The notes under the pieces are model-generated. The model saw only the letters and a list, made by a program, of their open reading frames with translations. It was not told the origin of the DNA and searched no databases. Source: Planctomycetota bacterium (GTDB lineage Bacteria > Planctomycetota > B15-G4). Taken from it: 64,000 bases of DNA. This document shows, in pieces, positions 8,675 to 17,656 of this stretch. The translations under genes were made by a program, and so were the position numbers. The stretch covers positions 19,374 to 83,373 of the forward strand of contig JAJDEO010000041.1 in NCBI GenBank assembly GCA_029259745.1. Reading direction: 5' to 3'. Numbering within the stretch: position 1 is the first letter of the stretch; each line of letters begins with the position of its first letter.

Positions 8675-9796
8675 TCAGCTCGCGGCGACTGCTCGCCAGA
8701 GGTCTTCGAGCGTTCGTGCCGAGGTCTCCCAGCTCCAGCGCTCGGCTGCGCGCCGCCCCGCTTCGATGCGGGCGGCGCGTTCGTCATCACGCGTGAGCGC
8801 TCGGGCGAGCGCGTCGGCAAAAGCTTCCGAACCGCGTTCGAGGTCGACGAGCCAACCGCCCTCGGCGAGTGTGTCGGCGACGGCCGGTGAGCGCGCCGCG
8901 ACCACCGGGACGCCGAAGCGCTGAGCGTCGACGATCGGAATCGAGAAGCCCTCGGTGATCGAGGGCACGGCGAGGGCGTCGGCGCCGGCGAGGAGCAGCG
9001 CGAGTTCCTCGTCGACGATCGGACCGAGGACGCGGACGGCGTCGGGTGGCAGGCCGAGGCGCTTGGCGCGCTGCGTGATCGCGATGGCCTGCGTGTCGCC
9101 GACACGACCGGCGAGAGCGAGCACGACGTCACTGAACTCCGGACGCGCGCGGAGTGTCGCGAGCGCGGCCATGAGTTCGCCGGTGTTCTTGTGACGCGCG
9201 GGTGGGCCGATGTGCAGGACGAAACGCGTGTTGAGCTTCGTCGCGATGCGCAGGGCCGCGACGTGGTCGAGCGGCGCGGCGCCGGGATCGAGCCACGGGG
9301 TCGCCGCGTTGGGCACGACGTGCACGCGCTGGGGCGAGACGCCGACGGTGTCCGTCAGCTCACGCGCTGTCGCCGCCGAGACAGCGACGATGCCCGCCGT
9401 GCGTGCGAGGTTCGGCGCCAGGCGCCGACGCCCCCAGAGCTTTCGTGCGCGGCCGATGCCGATGTCGTCACGCAGAAAACGCAGGTCGTGGATCGTGACG
9501 ACCGCGGGCACGTCGCGCAGGCGCGGAACCGGCAGCGCGCCGAGGTGGATGAGATCGGCGTCGACGTCGCGCGCGAGACGCGCGAGGCGACGGCCGGCGA
9601 AGGCGCGTCCGACGGGCGTCGTCGTGCCGTCGAGCACGGTGGTTGCCAGACCGGGGAGCGGGTCGATGCCCGAGCGCACGGCGTGCACGACCTCGACGTG
9701 CCCGCCAGAGAGGTGCTCGGCGCCGAGTGCACGCAGCCGCGTCGCAGCCCCTGAGGGCGTGCCGTCCAACATCGTTGCATCAACGAGGACCTTCAT
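8675..9796 (-). CDS. Glycosyltransferase family 4 (GT-B fold)
   Basis: The start MKVLVDATML is in an ATGA overlap with the upstream gene's stop. The C-terminal EX7E region reads PSITEGFSIPIVDAQRFGVPVV. The 36-aa Arg-rich N-terminal extension in the ORF track was rejected. Confidence 0.8.
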   Translation of the reverse strand: MKVLVDATMLDGTPSGAATRLRALGAEHLSGGHVEVVHAVRSGIDPLPGLATTVLDGTTTPVGRAFAGRRLARLARDVDADLIHLGALPVPRLRDVPAVVTIHDLRFLRDDIGIGRARKLWGRRRLAPNLARTAGIVAVSAATARELTDTVGVSPQRVHVVPNAATPWLDPGAAPLDHVAALRIATKLNTRFVLHIGPPARHKNTGELMAALATLRARPEFSDVVLALAGRVGDTQAIAITQRAKRLGLPPDAVRVLGPIVDEELALLLAGADALAVPSITEGFSIPIVDAQRFGVPVVAARSPAVADTLAEGGWLVDLERGSEAFADALARALTRDDERAARIEAGRRAAERWSWETSARTLEDLWRAVAAS

Positions 9797-10881
9797 CGCG
9801 CCCGGCTCCACTCCGTGAGCACGTCGAGCATCGCTCGCGCCGAGCCCTCCGCGGAACGTTGCGCCACGAGTGCGCGCCCCGCGTCGCGCGCCGTCGTGCG
9901 CCACGACTCATCGTCGAGAACACGGACGATCGCATCGGCGAGCGAGAGCGCCGACGCGGCGTCGAACATCAACACGGCCTCGCCGCATGCCTCGGCGACA
10001 AAGGCCTGACGACTGACGATCACCGGAGCACCCGCCGCCAGCGCCTCGAGCGCGACGAGCCCGAAGCCCTCGAGCCACGACGGCACGACGACAACCGCAG
10101 CGCGAGCGTACTCGGCGGCCAATGCATCGTCGCCGAGCGGCCCGGCGAAACGCATACGCGGCGCAGCGCCGTGGGCGTTGAGCTGCGCGGACGCCGAACC
10201 CGGCGCACCGACGAGTGTCGCGCGCACGCCGCGCTCTTCGAGCCGCGGGTCACAGAGCGCGTCGAGCACGACGCCGAAGTTCTTCTTTGCGCGCAGCGTC
10301 CCGACGCAGAGGACACCCTCACGCGGAACCGTCGACTCGTCGACCTGCGGCGGAACGACACCGAGCGGCACGACGCGCAGTCGCTCAACGGTCCCTGCAT
10401 GCAACGCAGAAACGTCGTCGGCCGTGCGCTGCGAAGGACACACGATGCGCCAAGCGTTGCGAGCCGTGTGCGCGAGCCGGGCGCGCGCTGTGACTCCGCG
10501 CTCGCCGACGGCCGGGATCCCTCGCGATGACGCGCCCCACGGCACGTCATACACCGTGGCGATCGCGTCGATACCGCCGCGGACGGGTAGCGCCGTCACC
10601 GGCGACCACCAGACATCACACCCGGCTGCTCGTGCCGCTGCGACGCCATGCGTCTCGCGCCACGCCCACGGACGCACGTCGCCCTCGACGGCGCCGACCG
10701 CCTGCGAGGGATCGAGCCCGATGGCCTCGGCACACGCCACCGACGGTGCGACGGCAATCAGCTCGACATCGTCGCCTGCGAGTTCGCGCACGGCCGTGAC
10801 GAGCGCGCGCTGCGCTCGCTCGACGCCGGTCGGGAACGCAGCGCCCGCGCGCTGGATCGACGCGTCAACGGCGATTCGCAT
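9793..10881 (-). CDS. Glycosyltransferase family 4
   Basis: It starts MRIAVDASI and carries the GT4 motif PSWLEGFGLVALEALAAGAPVIVS. Its 5' end overlaps the upstream lipoprotein gene by 17 nt. Confidence 0.8.
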   Translation of the reverse strand: MRIAVDASIQRAGAAFPTGVERAQRALVTAVRELAGDDVELIAVAPSVACAEAIGLDPSQAVGAVEGDVRPWAWRETHGVAAARAAGCDVWWSPVTALPVRGGIDAIATVYDVPWGASSRGIPAVGERGVTARARLAHTARNAWRIVCPSQRTADDVSALHAGTVERLRVVPLGVVPPQVDESTVPREGVLCVGTLRAKKNFGVVLDALCDPRLEERGVRATLVGAPGSASAQLNAHGAAPRMRFAGPLGDDALAAEYARAAVVVVPSWLEGFGLVALEALAAGAPVIVSRQAFVAEACGEAVLMFDAASALSLADAIVRVLDDESWRTTARDAGRALVAQRSAEGSARAMLDVLTEWSRAR

Positions 10882-13552
10882 CCACCTCGCCGTAGATGTC
10901 GCGCCCGGTCAGCCCGTCGGCGCCGTTCCACCCGCTTGCCGCGAGTCGGATCGGACTCGACCATGCCAGTTCGGTGTCGGCCAGCACGACGCGCACGTAG
11001 ACGAAACGCTCGCCCTCGGCGGGCACGTCGAAGGCGAACTCCTCGGTTGCGCGCGCCACACCGCCTTCGAACTCACGCACGTCGATGCGCTTACCATCCG
11101 CGACGATGTCGATACGTTCGATGAGCGTGCCGAGTCCGTCGACATCCACCGTGAGCACGCCCGGGCCCGCCGCGCACTGCGCCGACTCCCCCATCACGAC
11201 GTCCTCACCGCCCGCCGCACTGCGCCATGCGCACCACAACGACACGCGCACGGTCGACGCGAACGTCCGCCGCGCGTGGAGCGCGTCGAACACAGCAGCG
11301 CGATCGATCGACCGCACCCACGCGCCACCGAACGCGCCATCGGATGACTGGTGATCAGACGCCGCGACGAAACCGAAGTGCAGGCCGCGGTCGAGATTCG
11401 GGAGCAGGTAGCGGCCGACCATGAGCCCGGGAATCGCGCGTGGTGTCCCGTCGCCTTCCGAGCTGCCGCGGTAACCCTGGAACACCTCGACAACGCGATC
11501 GAAGCGCGGCTCGAAGTCGCGCCAGTCGAAGACGATCGGGCTGTTGGCGAACATGCCGGCCGGCGTGTGCGGGATCGTGAGGACCTCGGCGGGATCGAGC
11601 ACGTCCCAGAGGTTCTCCGGTCGGTCGGCGCGCACATCGTCGCGCAGTGGCTCGAACGTCTTGCGGTAGGCGGCGATCGGGAGCGCGTCGCCGCGCCCGA
11701 TGACGTTGCGATGACCGGTCATCGCGTCGGCGCGTTCGTAGCCGCGCATGTTGGCGAAAGTGCCCTCGACGTCGTAGGCATCGGCCCACGTCATCAGTCG
11801 CCACCAGTCGTACGGCAGCATGTGCTCGAAGTGATCCGTGACGGCCATGTACTCGAGTCGACCGACGTCGAGTCCGTAGCGAAGCGCATCCGACACCGGG
11901 CCGTCCCAGTTGCTCGAGCAGCGCGAGACGTCCGTGTGACGGTGCAGGTCGCCGAGCGCCAGCGTGTAGCTTGCACCACCGTGCTCGCGACTCACTCGCG
12001 CACTGTCGGCAGCGGGCGTGGCGAGCGCTGTGAGCTTCCACGCGGCCGCCTCGTCGAGTGCGATCGCGGGCGCCGTGTCGAACTTGCGGATGCGTGACGA
12101 CGTGATGCCCGTCGGGTTCGTCGTGACCGGCTTCCACCACGAGAGCGAGTCGACCATGATCTCACGGCCGTTGCGGTCCTCGGTAGCGCGCTCACGACGA
12201 TCACCGGCCACGGCAAACACCGTGCCGCCCCCGCGCAACGAGCCGACTGCGAAGGGTGCCGCGCAACGCCCCTCGCTGCCTTCGACACCGATGTGATGAC
12301 GCCCGGCTGCGTGCCAACCCTCTGGTGACAGCGCGCTCCAGTACGTGAACCAGATCGACGTCCGCCAGCCCTTCCCGCCCACCGTGCGTTCGGCGCGCTG
12401 TTGGAACGTCGGGTCGAGTGGGTCTTGTGCATCCGACGGCAGGGGCAGGCCGCGGAAGAACAGCATGAGCGTGCCCGAGCCGTCGACGTGCAGCTGCGGC
12501 TGCTCGCAGTTGCTGCCGAGCGCGTCGTTGAGCCCGTCGACGAAACGGTCTGCCAACGGCGCGACGCGCTCGCCGTCGATGCCGACGATCTCGATCGTGC
12601 GCTTGTTGTGCAGCGCGACTTCGAGCGTGTTGCGCGAACCCTCGCGTCCCCAGTTCTCAGGGCCGACGTGATAGGCGACGTAGAGGCGTTCGCCGTCGGG
12701 CGCTGCCGCCACGGACGGCTGGGCTTCGAAGCGCGGCGTCGACGTGACGCGGCGCGGCGCGGACACCGACAGCGCGGCGTCGACGCGTTCGATGCGCGCG
12801 AGGTGGATGTCGTAGTCGCCGTCGGTGGCCTCGTCCCAGACGACGGCGAAGCGGCCCGGAGCCGTGGGCGTTGCGTCCGGATACCAGCACGCCGTCCGCT
12901 CGGCGCCCTCAGCGCGCGGACGCGAAACCGCCACGGGCGCCGTCCATGCGCCCGTCGCTCCGTCGAGCAGCGCCGCGCGAATCGCGAGTCCGTCGCGATC
13001 AACACGCTGCCAGACGAGCAGCAGACCGCCGGCGCCGTCGTCGGCGAAAGACGGGTGGAGCTGATGGACATCGCCGTCAGCGGGCGGCGTGACACGCGTC
13101 GGCTCACCGACGACGTCGCCCAGGGCGTCGGCGTCGCCGCCATCCGGCGCGATCACGAGATGGCGCAGCGACCAGCCCGGGCCGTCGTCGTCTTCCTGCG
13201 ACCAGACGAGGTGCAGACGATCGGCGCCGTCCACGGCCAGCGCCGTCCCGAAGACTCGCGTGCCGGGCTCGTGCACGACCGTCGCGCCGGCATCCCAGCG
13301 CGGCACCGACCGCAACGCGAGCGCATCACGCTCCCCGTCCCAGTCGACGAAAGCCGTCCACGGCCCACCGCTCGCACGCGTCGCCACGGATGGGAAGTCC
13401 TGAGCCGGAACCGACTCCGCAAAGATCCGCTGCTCGACGGCGGCGTCGACATCGGCCGACGGCAAGGCATCGGCAAGAGAGCCACCGCGATCCTCGCCGC
13501 AAGCAGCGAGGGCGAGAAGGGCCAGACAGGAGAGCTTCGGGGCAAGGCGCAT
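10865..13552 (-). CDS. Large lipoprotein with an N-terminal repeat or propeller-like region and a C-terminal PHP/DUF3604-like metal-dependent hydrolase domain
   Basis: The lipobox reads LALLALAACG. The N-terminal half repeats segments of the form LHLVWSQEDDDGPGW, LLLVWQRVDRDG and FAVVWDEATDGDYD. The C-terminal half carries His-rich motifs (GDLHRHTDVS…YMAVTDHFEHM) resembling PHP-type phosphoesterases (DUF3604). Confidence 0.6.
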   Translation of the reverse strand: MRLAPKLSCLALLALAACGEDRGGSLADALPSADVDAAVEQRIFAESVPAQDFPSVATRASGGPWTAFVDWDGERDALALRSVPRWDAGATVVHEPGTRVFGTALAVDGADRLHLVWSQEDDDGPGWSLRHLVIAPDGGDADALGDVVGEPTRVTPPADGDVHQLHPSFADDGAGGLLLVWQRVDRDGLAIRAALLDGATGAWTAPVAVSRPRAEGAERTACWYPDATPTAPGRFAVVWDEATDGDYDIHLARIERVDAALSVSAPRRVTSTPRFEAQPSVAAAPDGERLYVAYHVGPENWGREGSRNTLEVALHNKRTIEIVGIDGERVAPLADRFVDGLNDALGSNCEQPQLHVDGSGTLMLFFRGLPLPSDAQDPLDPTFQQRAERTVGGKGWRTSIWFTYWSALSPEGWHAAGRHHIGVEGSEGRCAAPFAVGSLRGGGTVFAVAGDRRERATEDRNGREIMVDSLSWWKPVTTNPTGITSSRIRKFDTAPAIALDEAAAWKLTALATPAADSARVSREHGGASYTLALGDLHRHTDVSRCSSNWDGPVSDALRYGLDVGRLEYMAVTDHFEHMLPYDWWRLMTWADAYDVEGTFANMRGYERADAMTGHRNVIGRGDALPIAAYRKTFEPLRDDVRADRPENLWDVLDPAEVLTIPHTPAGMFANSPIVFDWRDFEPRFDRVVEVFQGYRGSSEGDGTPRAIPGLMVGRYLLPNLDRGLHFGFVAASDHQSSDGAFGGAWVRSIDRAAVFDALHARRTFASTVRVSLWCAWRSAAGGEDVVMGESAQCAAGPGVLTVDVDGLGTLIERIDIVADGKRIDVREFEGGVARATEEFAFDVPAEGERFVYVRVVLADTELAWSSPIRLAASGWNGADGLTGRDIYGEVDANRR

Positions 13553-13661
13553 CGTCGGGATTCTAAGGATGTCGTGTCGGAGTTGGCGAGGAACGCGAGC
13601 GCAGAGAGCTGTCGAATGCGCGTCATCACGTCAGGATGACAATGACGACGGCGCTTTGCGT

Positions 13662-14825
13662 CTACGTGTTGGGTGTGGGACGCGCGTGCGCGCCTGGGCA
13701 ATGCTCGACCAACGCGCGGTCGATGTCGACGAGCGCGGAGGCGGCGCGATCCCAGGTGAGGTGGGCGACGGCCTGGCGCGCCGCGGCACCGAGTTCGTCG
13801 CGCGTGGCGGCGCTCGTGATGAGATCCTCGAGCGCAGCGGCGAGGGCGCGTGGGTCGTGCGGGTCGACGGTAATCACGGCGTCGCCGGCGAGATCGGACA
13901 TTGGCGTGTTCGTGGACGTGACGACGGCGCGCCCGCAGCGCAGGGCCTCGAAAACGGGGAGCCCGAAGCCCTCGGCGAACGACGGGTACGCGACGACATC
14001 GGCCGTGCGGAGGAGCGCCGCGAGGGTTGGCTCGTCGACCTCGCCCGTCGTGGCGACCCGTGCATCGGACCTCGTCGCCGCGGCTGCGAGGCGCTCTTCG
14101 AGTTGCGGCACGCCCCACCCGCGCGGGCCCACGAGCAGCAGCGCCGCGCGACCGTCAGGGCGCGCTTCGGTGGCGTCGAGGATCGCTTCGTGGTTCTTGC
14201 GTGGCTCGCGCGTGCCGAGTGCGACGACGAGCACCTCGGGGCGTCGCAGCCGAGCGCGCTGCAACGCCGCCTCGACGAGCGCCCCGTCGTCGGGTTGCGG
14301 CGTCGCGTCGATGTGATCGACGCCGTGAGCGACGACATGCACGTCTCGCGCGCGCGCCATCCCGTGTCGCACGACATCGGCGGCAACGCGTTCACTCGGC
14401 ACGACGAGCGCGGCAGCCCGAGCCGCTGCGGCGCGCACGCGCTGCTCGACGTCGCGCCGGAAGCCGGGCGGATGCCAGTCGTTGTCGTCGAGGAAGACGA
14501 GGTCGTGGATCGTCACGACCTGTTGTGCCGCACGCACAGGCGCATAGACGAGGTCGAGATGGTGGAAGACATCGACGCCGCCGAGCGCATCGTCGGCCGC
14601 CAAGCCCAGCACGCGCTGCACGCGCGCGGGAATGCGTCCGCGCACGACGCCGGCGCCGAGCGGCGCGAGGTCGGCGCGCGGCCGACGCCACGCCCGCGCG
14701 AACCCGTGCGCCTCGACATCCTCACGCCGACGCAACGCACGGAACGTCTCGCGCGCCACGCGTGCGATCCCGGTGGCATGCCAGAGCGCCGGACGGACGT
14801 CCACACCCACACGCAGCCGCGTCAC
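13662..14825 (-). CDS. Glycosyltransferase family 4
   Basis: The GTG start is preceded by GGAGG and overlaps the flippase stop (GTGA junction). The body (RLRVGVDVRPALWHATGIARVARETF…) carries the EX7E region YPSFAEGFGLPVFEALRCGRAVV. The 177-aa Arg/Gly-rich N-terminal extension in the ORF track was rejected. Confidence 0.75.
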   Translation of the reverse strand: MTRLRVGVDVRPALWHATGIARVARETFRALRRREDVEAHGFARAWRRPRADLAPLGAGVVRGRIPARVQRVLGLAADDALGGVDVFHHLDLVYAPVRAAQQVVTIHDLVFLDDNDWHPPGFRRDVEQRVRAAAARAAALVVPSERVAADVVRHGMARARDVHVVAHGVDHIDATPQPDDGALVEAALQRARLRRPEVLVVALGTREPRKNHEAILDATEARPDGRAALLLVGPRGWGVPQLEERLAAAATRSDARVATTGEVDEPTLAALLRTADVVAYPSFAEGFGLPVFEALRCGRAVVTSTNTPMSDLAGDAVITVDPHDPRALAAALEDLITSAATRDELGAAARQAVAHLTWDRAASALVDIDRALVEHCPGAHARPTPNT

Positions 14826-16279
14826 GCCTGGGCCTCCACGGGGCCGCCGGCCTCGACACCGAGGTTCAACGGCCACGTCCCCGACAGCGCCACACCGACA
14901 ACGCCGGCGACGAAACCGAACGCCACGCGCACGCCGACATGCAGCGCCTCGTCCTGCCACCAGGCCGTCGCGCTCAGCGCCGCGAGGCCGGCACTCACCG
15001 CCCCCGCACACGCGAGCGGACGCAGATACGCACTTCGCCCGGCCACAAGCCCCGTGCGCTGGCGCGCCACGACCGTCGACGCCACCACGATGAACGCCTC
15101 GGTCGCCACCGTCGCCCAAGCCGCGCCGAGAATGCCGTAGCGCGGAACCGTCACGAGGTTGAGGACGATGTTCACGACGACGCCACCCGTCGAGATCCAC
15201 ATCATCGTGCGCTGCCCCTCGGAGGCCAGCACGACGAGCACATGCGGATAGGCGACGAAGACGCACACCGTCGCGAGCGCGAGCACGGCGAGGGCCGGAC
15301 CGCCCGGCGCGTACTCGACCGGGAAGATCAGGGCGATCACGTCCTGCGCCACCCATGGCAGCGTTGCCGCCACGCAGACGCCGAGCGAGAAGAGGAAGCG
15401 CGTCGAGCGTGTCAGCACGAGGCCGAGCTGTTCGGGCGCCGCCGGCCAGAGGCGCGAGAAGATCGGGAAGATGACCTGACTGAAGAGCACCGGCACCATG
15501 AGCACGAAGGTCATGACGCGGTAGGCCGACGCGTAGTAGGCGACGGCCTCGTCACCCACGAGCGGCCGCAGCATGAGCGTGTCGACGTAGAAGTACACCG
15601 TGGCCATCGCCGCAGCGACGCCAGCCGGCCACGACTCGCGCCACAGCCAGGCTCGTCGCTCCACCGAGGCGCCAAAGCTCGGCTCGAGCACGCGGCGCCC
15701 GGCCGTCCATGTCGACACGCCGTAGACGACGCCGGCAAGCCCGAAGGCCACGACGAACCATCCCGGCTCGTGCACGCCGAGGGCGACCAAAGCGAGCGTG
15801 CCGAGGAGCCACGTCGACTGACCGAGACACTGGGCGACGACGATCGGCCGGAAGGCCATATCGACCTGCAGCACGGACGCGATGCCCGCCGGCGCGTGCG
15901 CGAGAAGATGCAACGACGCCACGATCGCGAGCCACGTCGTCGCGTTGCCGGGGCCATCGAAGGCCAGCGCGAGCGTGGCCACGAGCCCGATGCCGACCCA
16001 GGCGATGCGCGCCTTGAGCCCGATCAGCATACCGACGAGCTCGGCCGCCTCCTCGCGCCGCCGCGACGCCTCGCGGACGACGATCTGCCCCGCACCGAAG
16101 TCGAGCACGTTCGTGAGCAGCAGGAAGAGCGTGAAGTAGAACGCCGTGACGCCGTAGGTCGCGGTGTCGAGGTGGCGCGGGAGGATGATCGCCGTGACGG
16201 CGAAGGCTAGCAGCGCCGTGTAGAGCCGGCCGCTCACCTGCACCGACGACTGCCGCGCCACGCGCTTCGAGAGGTTCAT
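14822..16279 (-). CDS. Polysaccharide biosynthesis protein or oligosaccharide flippase (Wzx/MOP superfamily)
   Basis: The 485-aa protein has about 12 predicted TM helices. Its N-terminal region (RLYTALLAFAVTAIILPRHLDTATYGVTAFYFTLFLL) matches the PST-family pattern. Confidence 0.75.
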   Translation of the reverse strand: MNLSKRVARQSSVQVSGRLYTALLAFAVTAIILPRHLDTATYGVTAFYFTLFLLLTNVLDFGAGQIVVREASRRREEAAELVGMLIGLKARIAWVGIGLVATLALAFDGPGNATTWLAIVASLHLLAHAPAGIASVLQVDMAFRPIVVAQCLGQSTWLLGTLALVALGVHEPGWFVVAFGLAGVVYGVSTWTAGRRVLEPSFGASVERRAWLWRESWPAGVAAAMATVYFYVDTLMLRPLVGDEAVAYYASAYRVMTFVLMVPVLFSQVIFPIFSRLWPAAPEQLGLVLTRSTRFLFSLGVCVAATLPWVAQDVIALIFPVEYAPGGPALAVLALATVCVFVAYPHVLVVLASEGQRTMMWISTGGVVVNIVLNLVTVPRYGILGAAWATVATEAFIVVASTVVARQRTGLVAGRSAYLRPLACAGAVSAGLAALSATAWWQDEALHVGVRVAFGFVAGVVGVALSGTWPLNLGVEAGGPVEAQA

Positions 16280-16368
16280 CGCGCGGCGGCCCCCGACATG
16301 CGCACCCGCCGCTCGTTGACGTCATGCCGCGTCCCACGCGATGCTGCCGACATGTTGGAGCTGCTCCG

Positions 16369-16989
16369 ATGACCGCTCGCCCCCTGCTCGGCATCGTCCT
16401 CGGTGCCGGCCGCGGTCGCCGACTCGGCGGCCCCAAGGCCCCGCGCCTGCTCGGTCAGCGCAGCTACCTCGCCCACGCCGTGGCAGCGCTGCGCGACGCC
16501 GGCATCACGTCGATCCGCGTCGTCGTCGCCGACGCGCGGCACGTGATCGACGTCGACGACGTCGAGGTACGCATCCATCCGGCGCCCGAGAAGGGCCAGA
16601 CCTCGTCGCTGCGCATCGCGCTGAGCGGCGGCCTCGGCGACGTCGCCGGCTTCGCTCTCCACACAGCCGACCATCCCCTCGCGCGCGCGAGCGACGTACG
16701 CACGCTGCTCGATGTCTTCGCGCAGCGCGCAGAGCACGAACGCATCGTCGTACCGAGCGTGGCCCATCGCCGCGGTCACCCGGCGCTGTTCGCCGCGGCC
16801 CTGGCCGAGGAGTTCCTGGCGCTGGGTGACGACGAGCCTGCGCACCGCGTGGTGCGTCGCGATCCCGAGCGCGTCAGGCACGTCGTCCTCGAGAACCCGT
16901 GGCTGGTGCGCGACATCGATACTCCCGAAGACCACGCGGCCGCCGAACGGGCTCTCAGCGACGGGGATCAGCCGACCAGCAGGACCTGA
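16369..16989 (+). CDS. MobA-like NTP transferase domain protein (molybdopterin nucleotidyltransferase family)
   Basis: The start MTARPLLGIVLGAGRGRRLGGPKA carries the GxGxR nucleotide-binding loop of the MobA/MocA family. The ATG at 16369 is in frame within ORF 16324..16989. Confidence 0.65.
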   Translation: MTARPLLGIVLGAGRGRRLGGPKAPRLLGQRSYLAHAVAALRDAGITSIRVVVADARHVIDVDDVEVRIHPAPEKGQTSSLRIALSGGLGDVAGFALHTADHPLARASDVRTLLDVFAQRAEHERIVVPSVAHRRGHPALFAAALAEEFLALGDDEPAHRVVRRDPERVRHVVLENPWLVRDIDTPEDHAAAERALSDGDQPTSRT

Positions 16990-17381
16990 ACGCGGTTGCG
17001 GATCTCGTCGCGCACGGCGCGGTAGGCCTTCTTGACCTCGGCCTCGGTGCCGCTCGCGATCGTCGGGTCGTTGAGCGGCCAATGGATCTGCGTAGCCTTC
17101 TTCTTCACCTTCGGCAGCGGATCGGAGTCGGGGCTGAGCGTGACGACGGTGTCGATCTTGCCCACTGGCACGTCGGAGAACGTTCGCGTCGGCTGCTCGG
17201 AAATGTCGATGCCGACCTCGTCCATGACGTCGATCGCGTACTTGTCGAGCTTCTTGGCCTTCGCACCCGCCGAGTAGACGTTGATCGGCCCCGAGGACAT
17301 CGTCTTGGCAAACCCTTCCGCCATCTGGCTGCGTGCGTCGTTGCTGTTGCAGATGAAGAGGAAGTTACGAGGCTTGGCCAT
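16968..17381 (-). CDS. Low-molecular-weight phosphotyrosine phosphatase or ArsC-like protein (thioredoxin-coupled arsenate reductase family). It has only one cysteine.
   Basis: The start MAKPRNFLFICNSNDARSQMAEG carries the CX5R P-loop and the ArsC-like RSQMAE motif. The second and third catalytic cysteines of ArsC are absent. GGAGGAG lies 12 nt upstream. The protein is Lys-rich and its GC is lower than the flanking DNA. Confidence 0.65.
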   Translation of the reverse strand: MAKPRNFLFICNSNDARSQMAEGFAKTMSSGPINVYSAGAKAKKLDKYAIDVMDEVGIDISEQPTRTFSDVPVGKIDTVVTLSPDSDPLPKVKKKATQIHWPLNDPTIASGTEAEVKKAYRAVRDEIRNRVQVLLVG

Positions 17382-17441
17382 CTGGTGAGGCTCCTCCGGT
17401 GTGGTGTCGTTTGCGCGCACGGAACCGGAGGCCGCGGCACA

Positions 17442-17460
17442 ATCGCTCAATGATAGCGAT
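17442..17460. promoter_or_regulatory. Inverted repeat ATCGCT-N7-AGCGAT in the divergent promoter region between the ArsC/LMW-PTP-like gene and the ATP-grasp gene
   Basis: A perfect 6-bp inverted repeat with a 7-bp spacer lies about 60 nt upstream of the minus-strand ATG at 17381. It could be an operator site. Confidence 0.2.
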
Positions 17461-17656
17461 AGTGGCTCCGCGACACCAATCGGAGCGGGCAGCGGGAACC
17501 TCTCATCGCGAGATTTCGCGCCCGAATGGCCCCTTTGAGGGCGCTCGAGTCCAAAGAATCCCTCCGACGCGTGCTGGTGTCAGGTGACCTGGCCATCGCG
17601 TCGTCAGGATGCGACTCTGGCCGATCGCGAGCCGCCGCGCCGAGAGAGCAGCCCCC

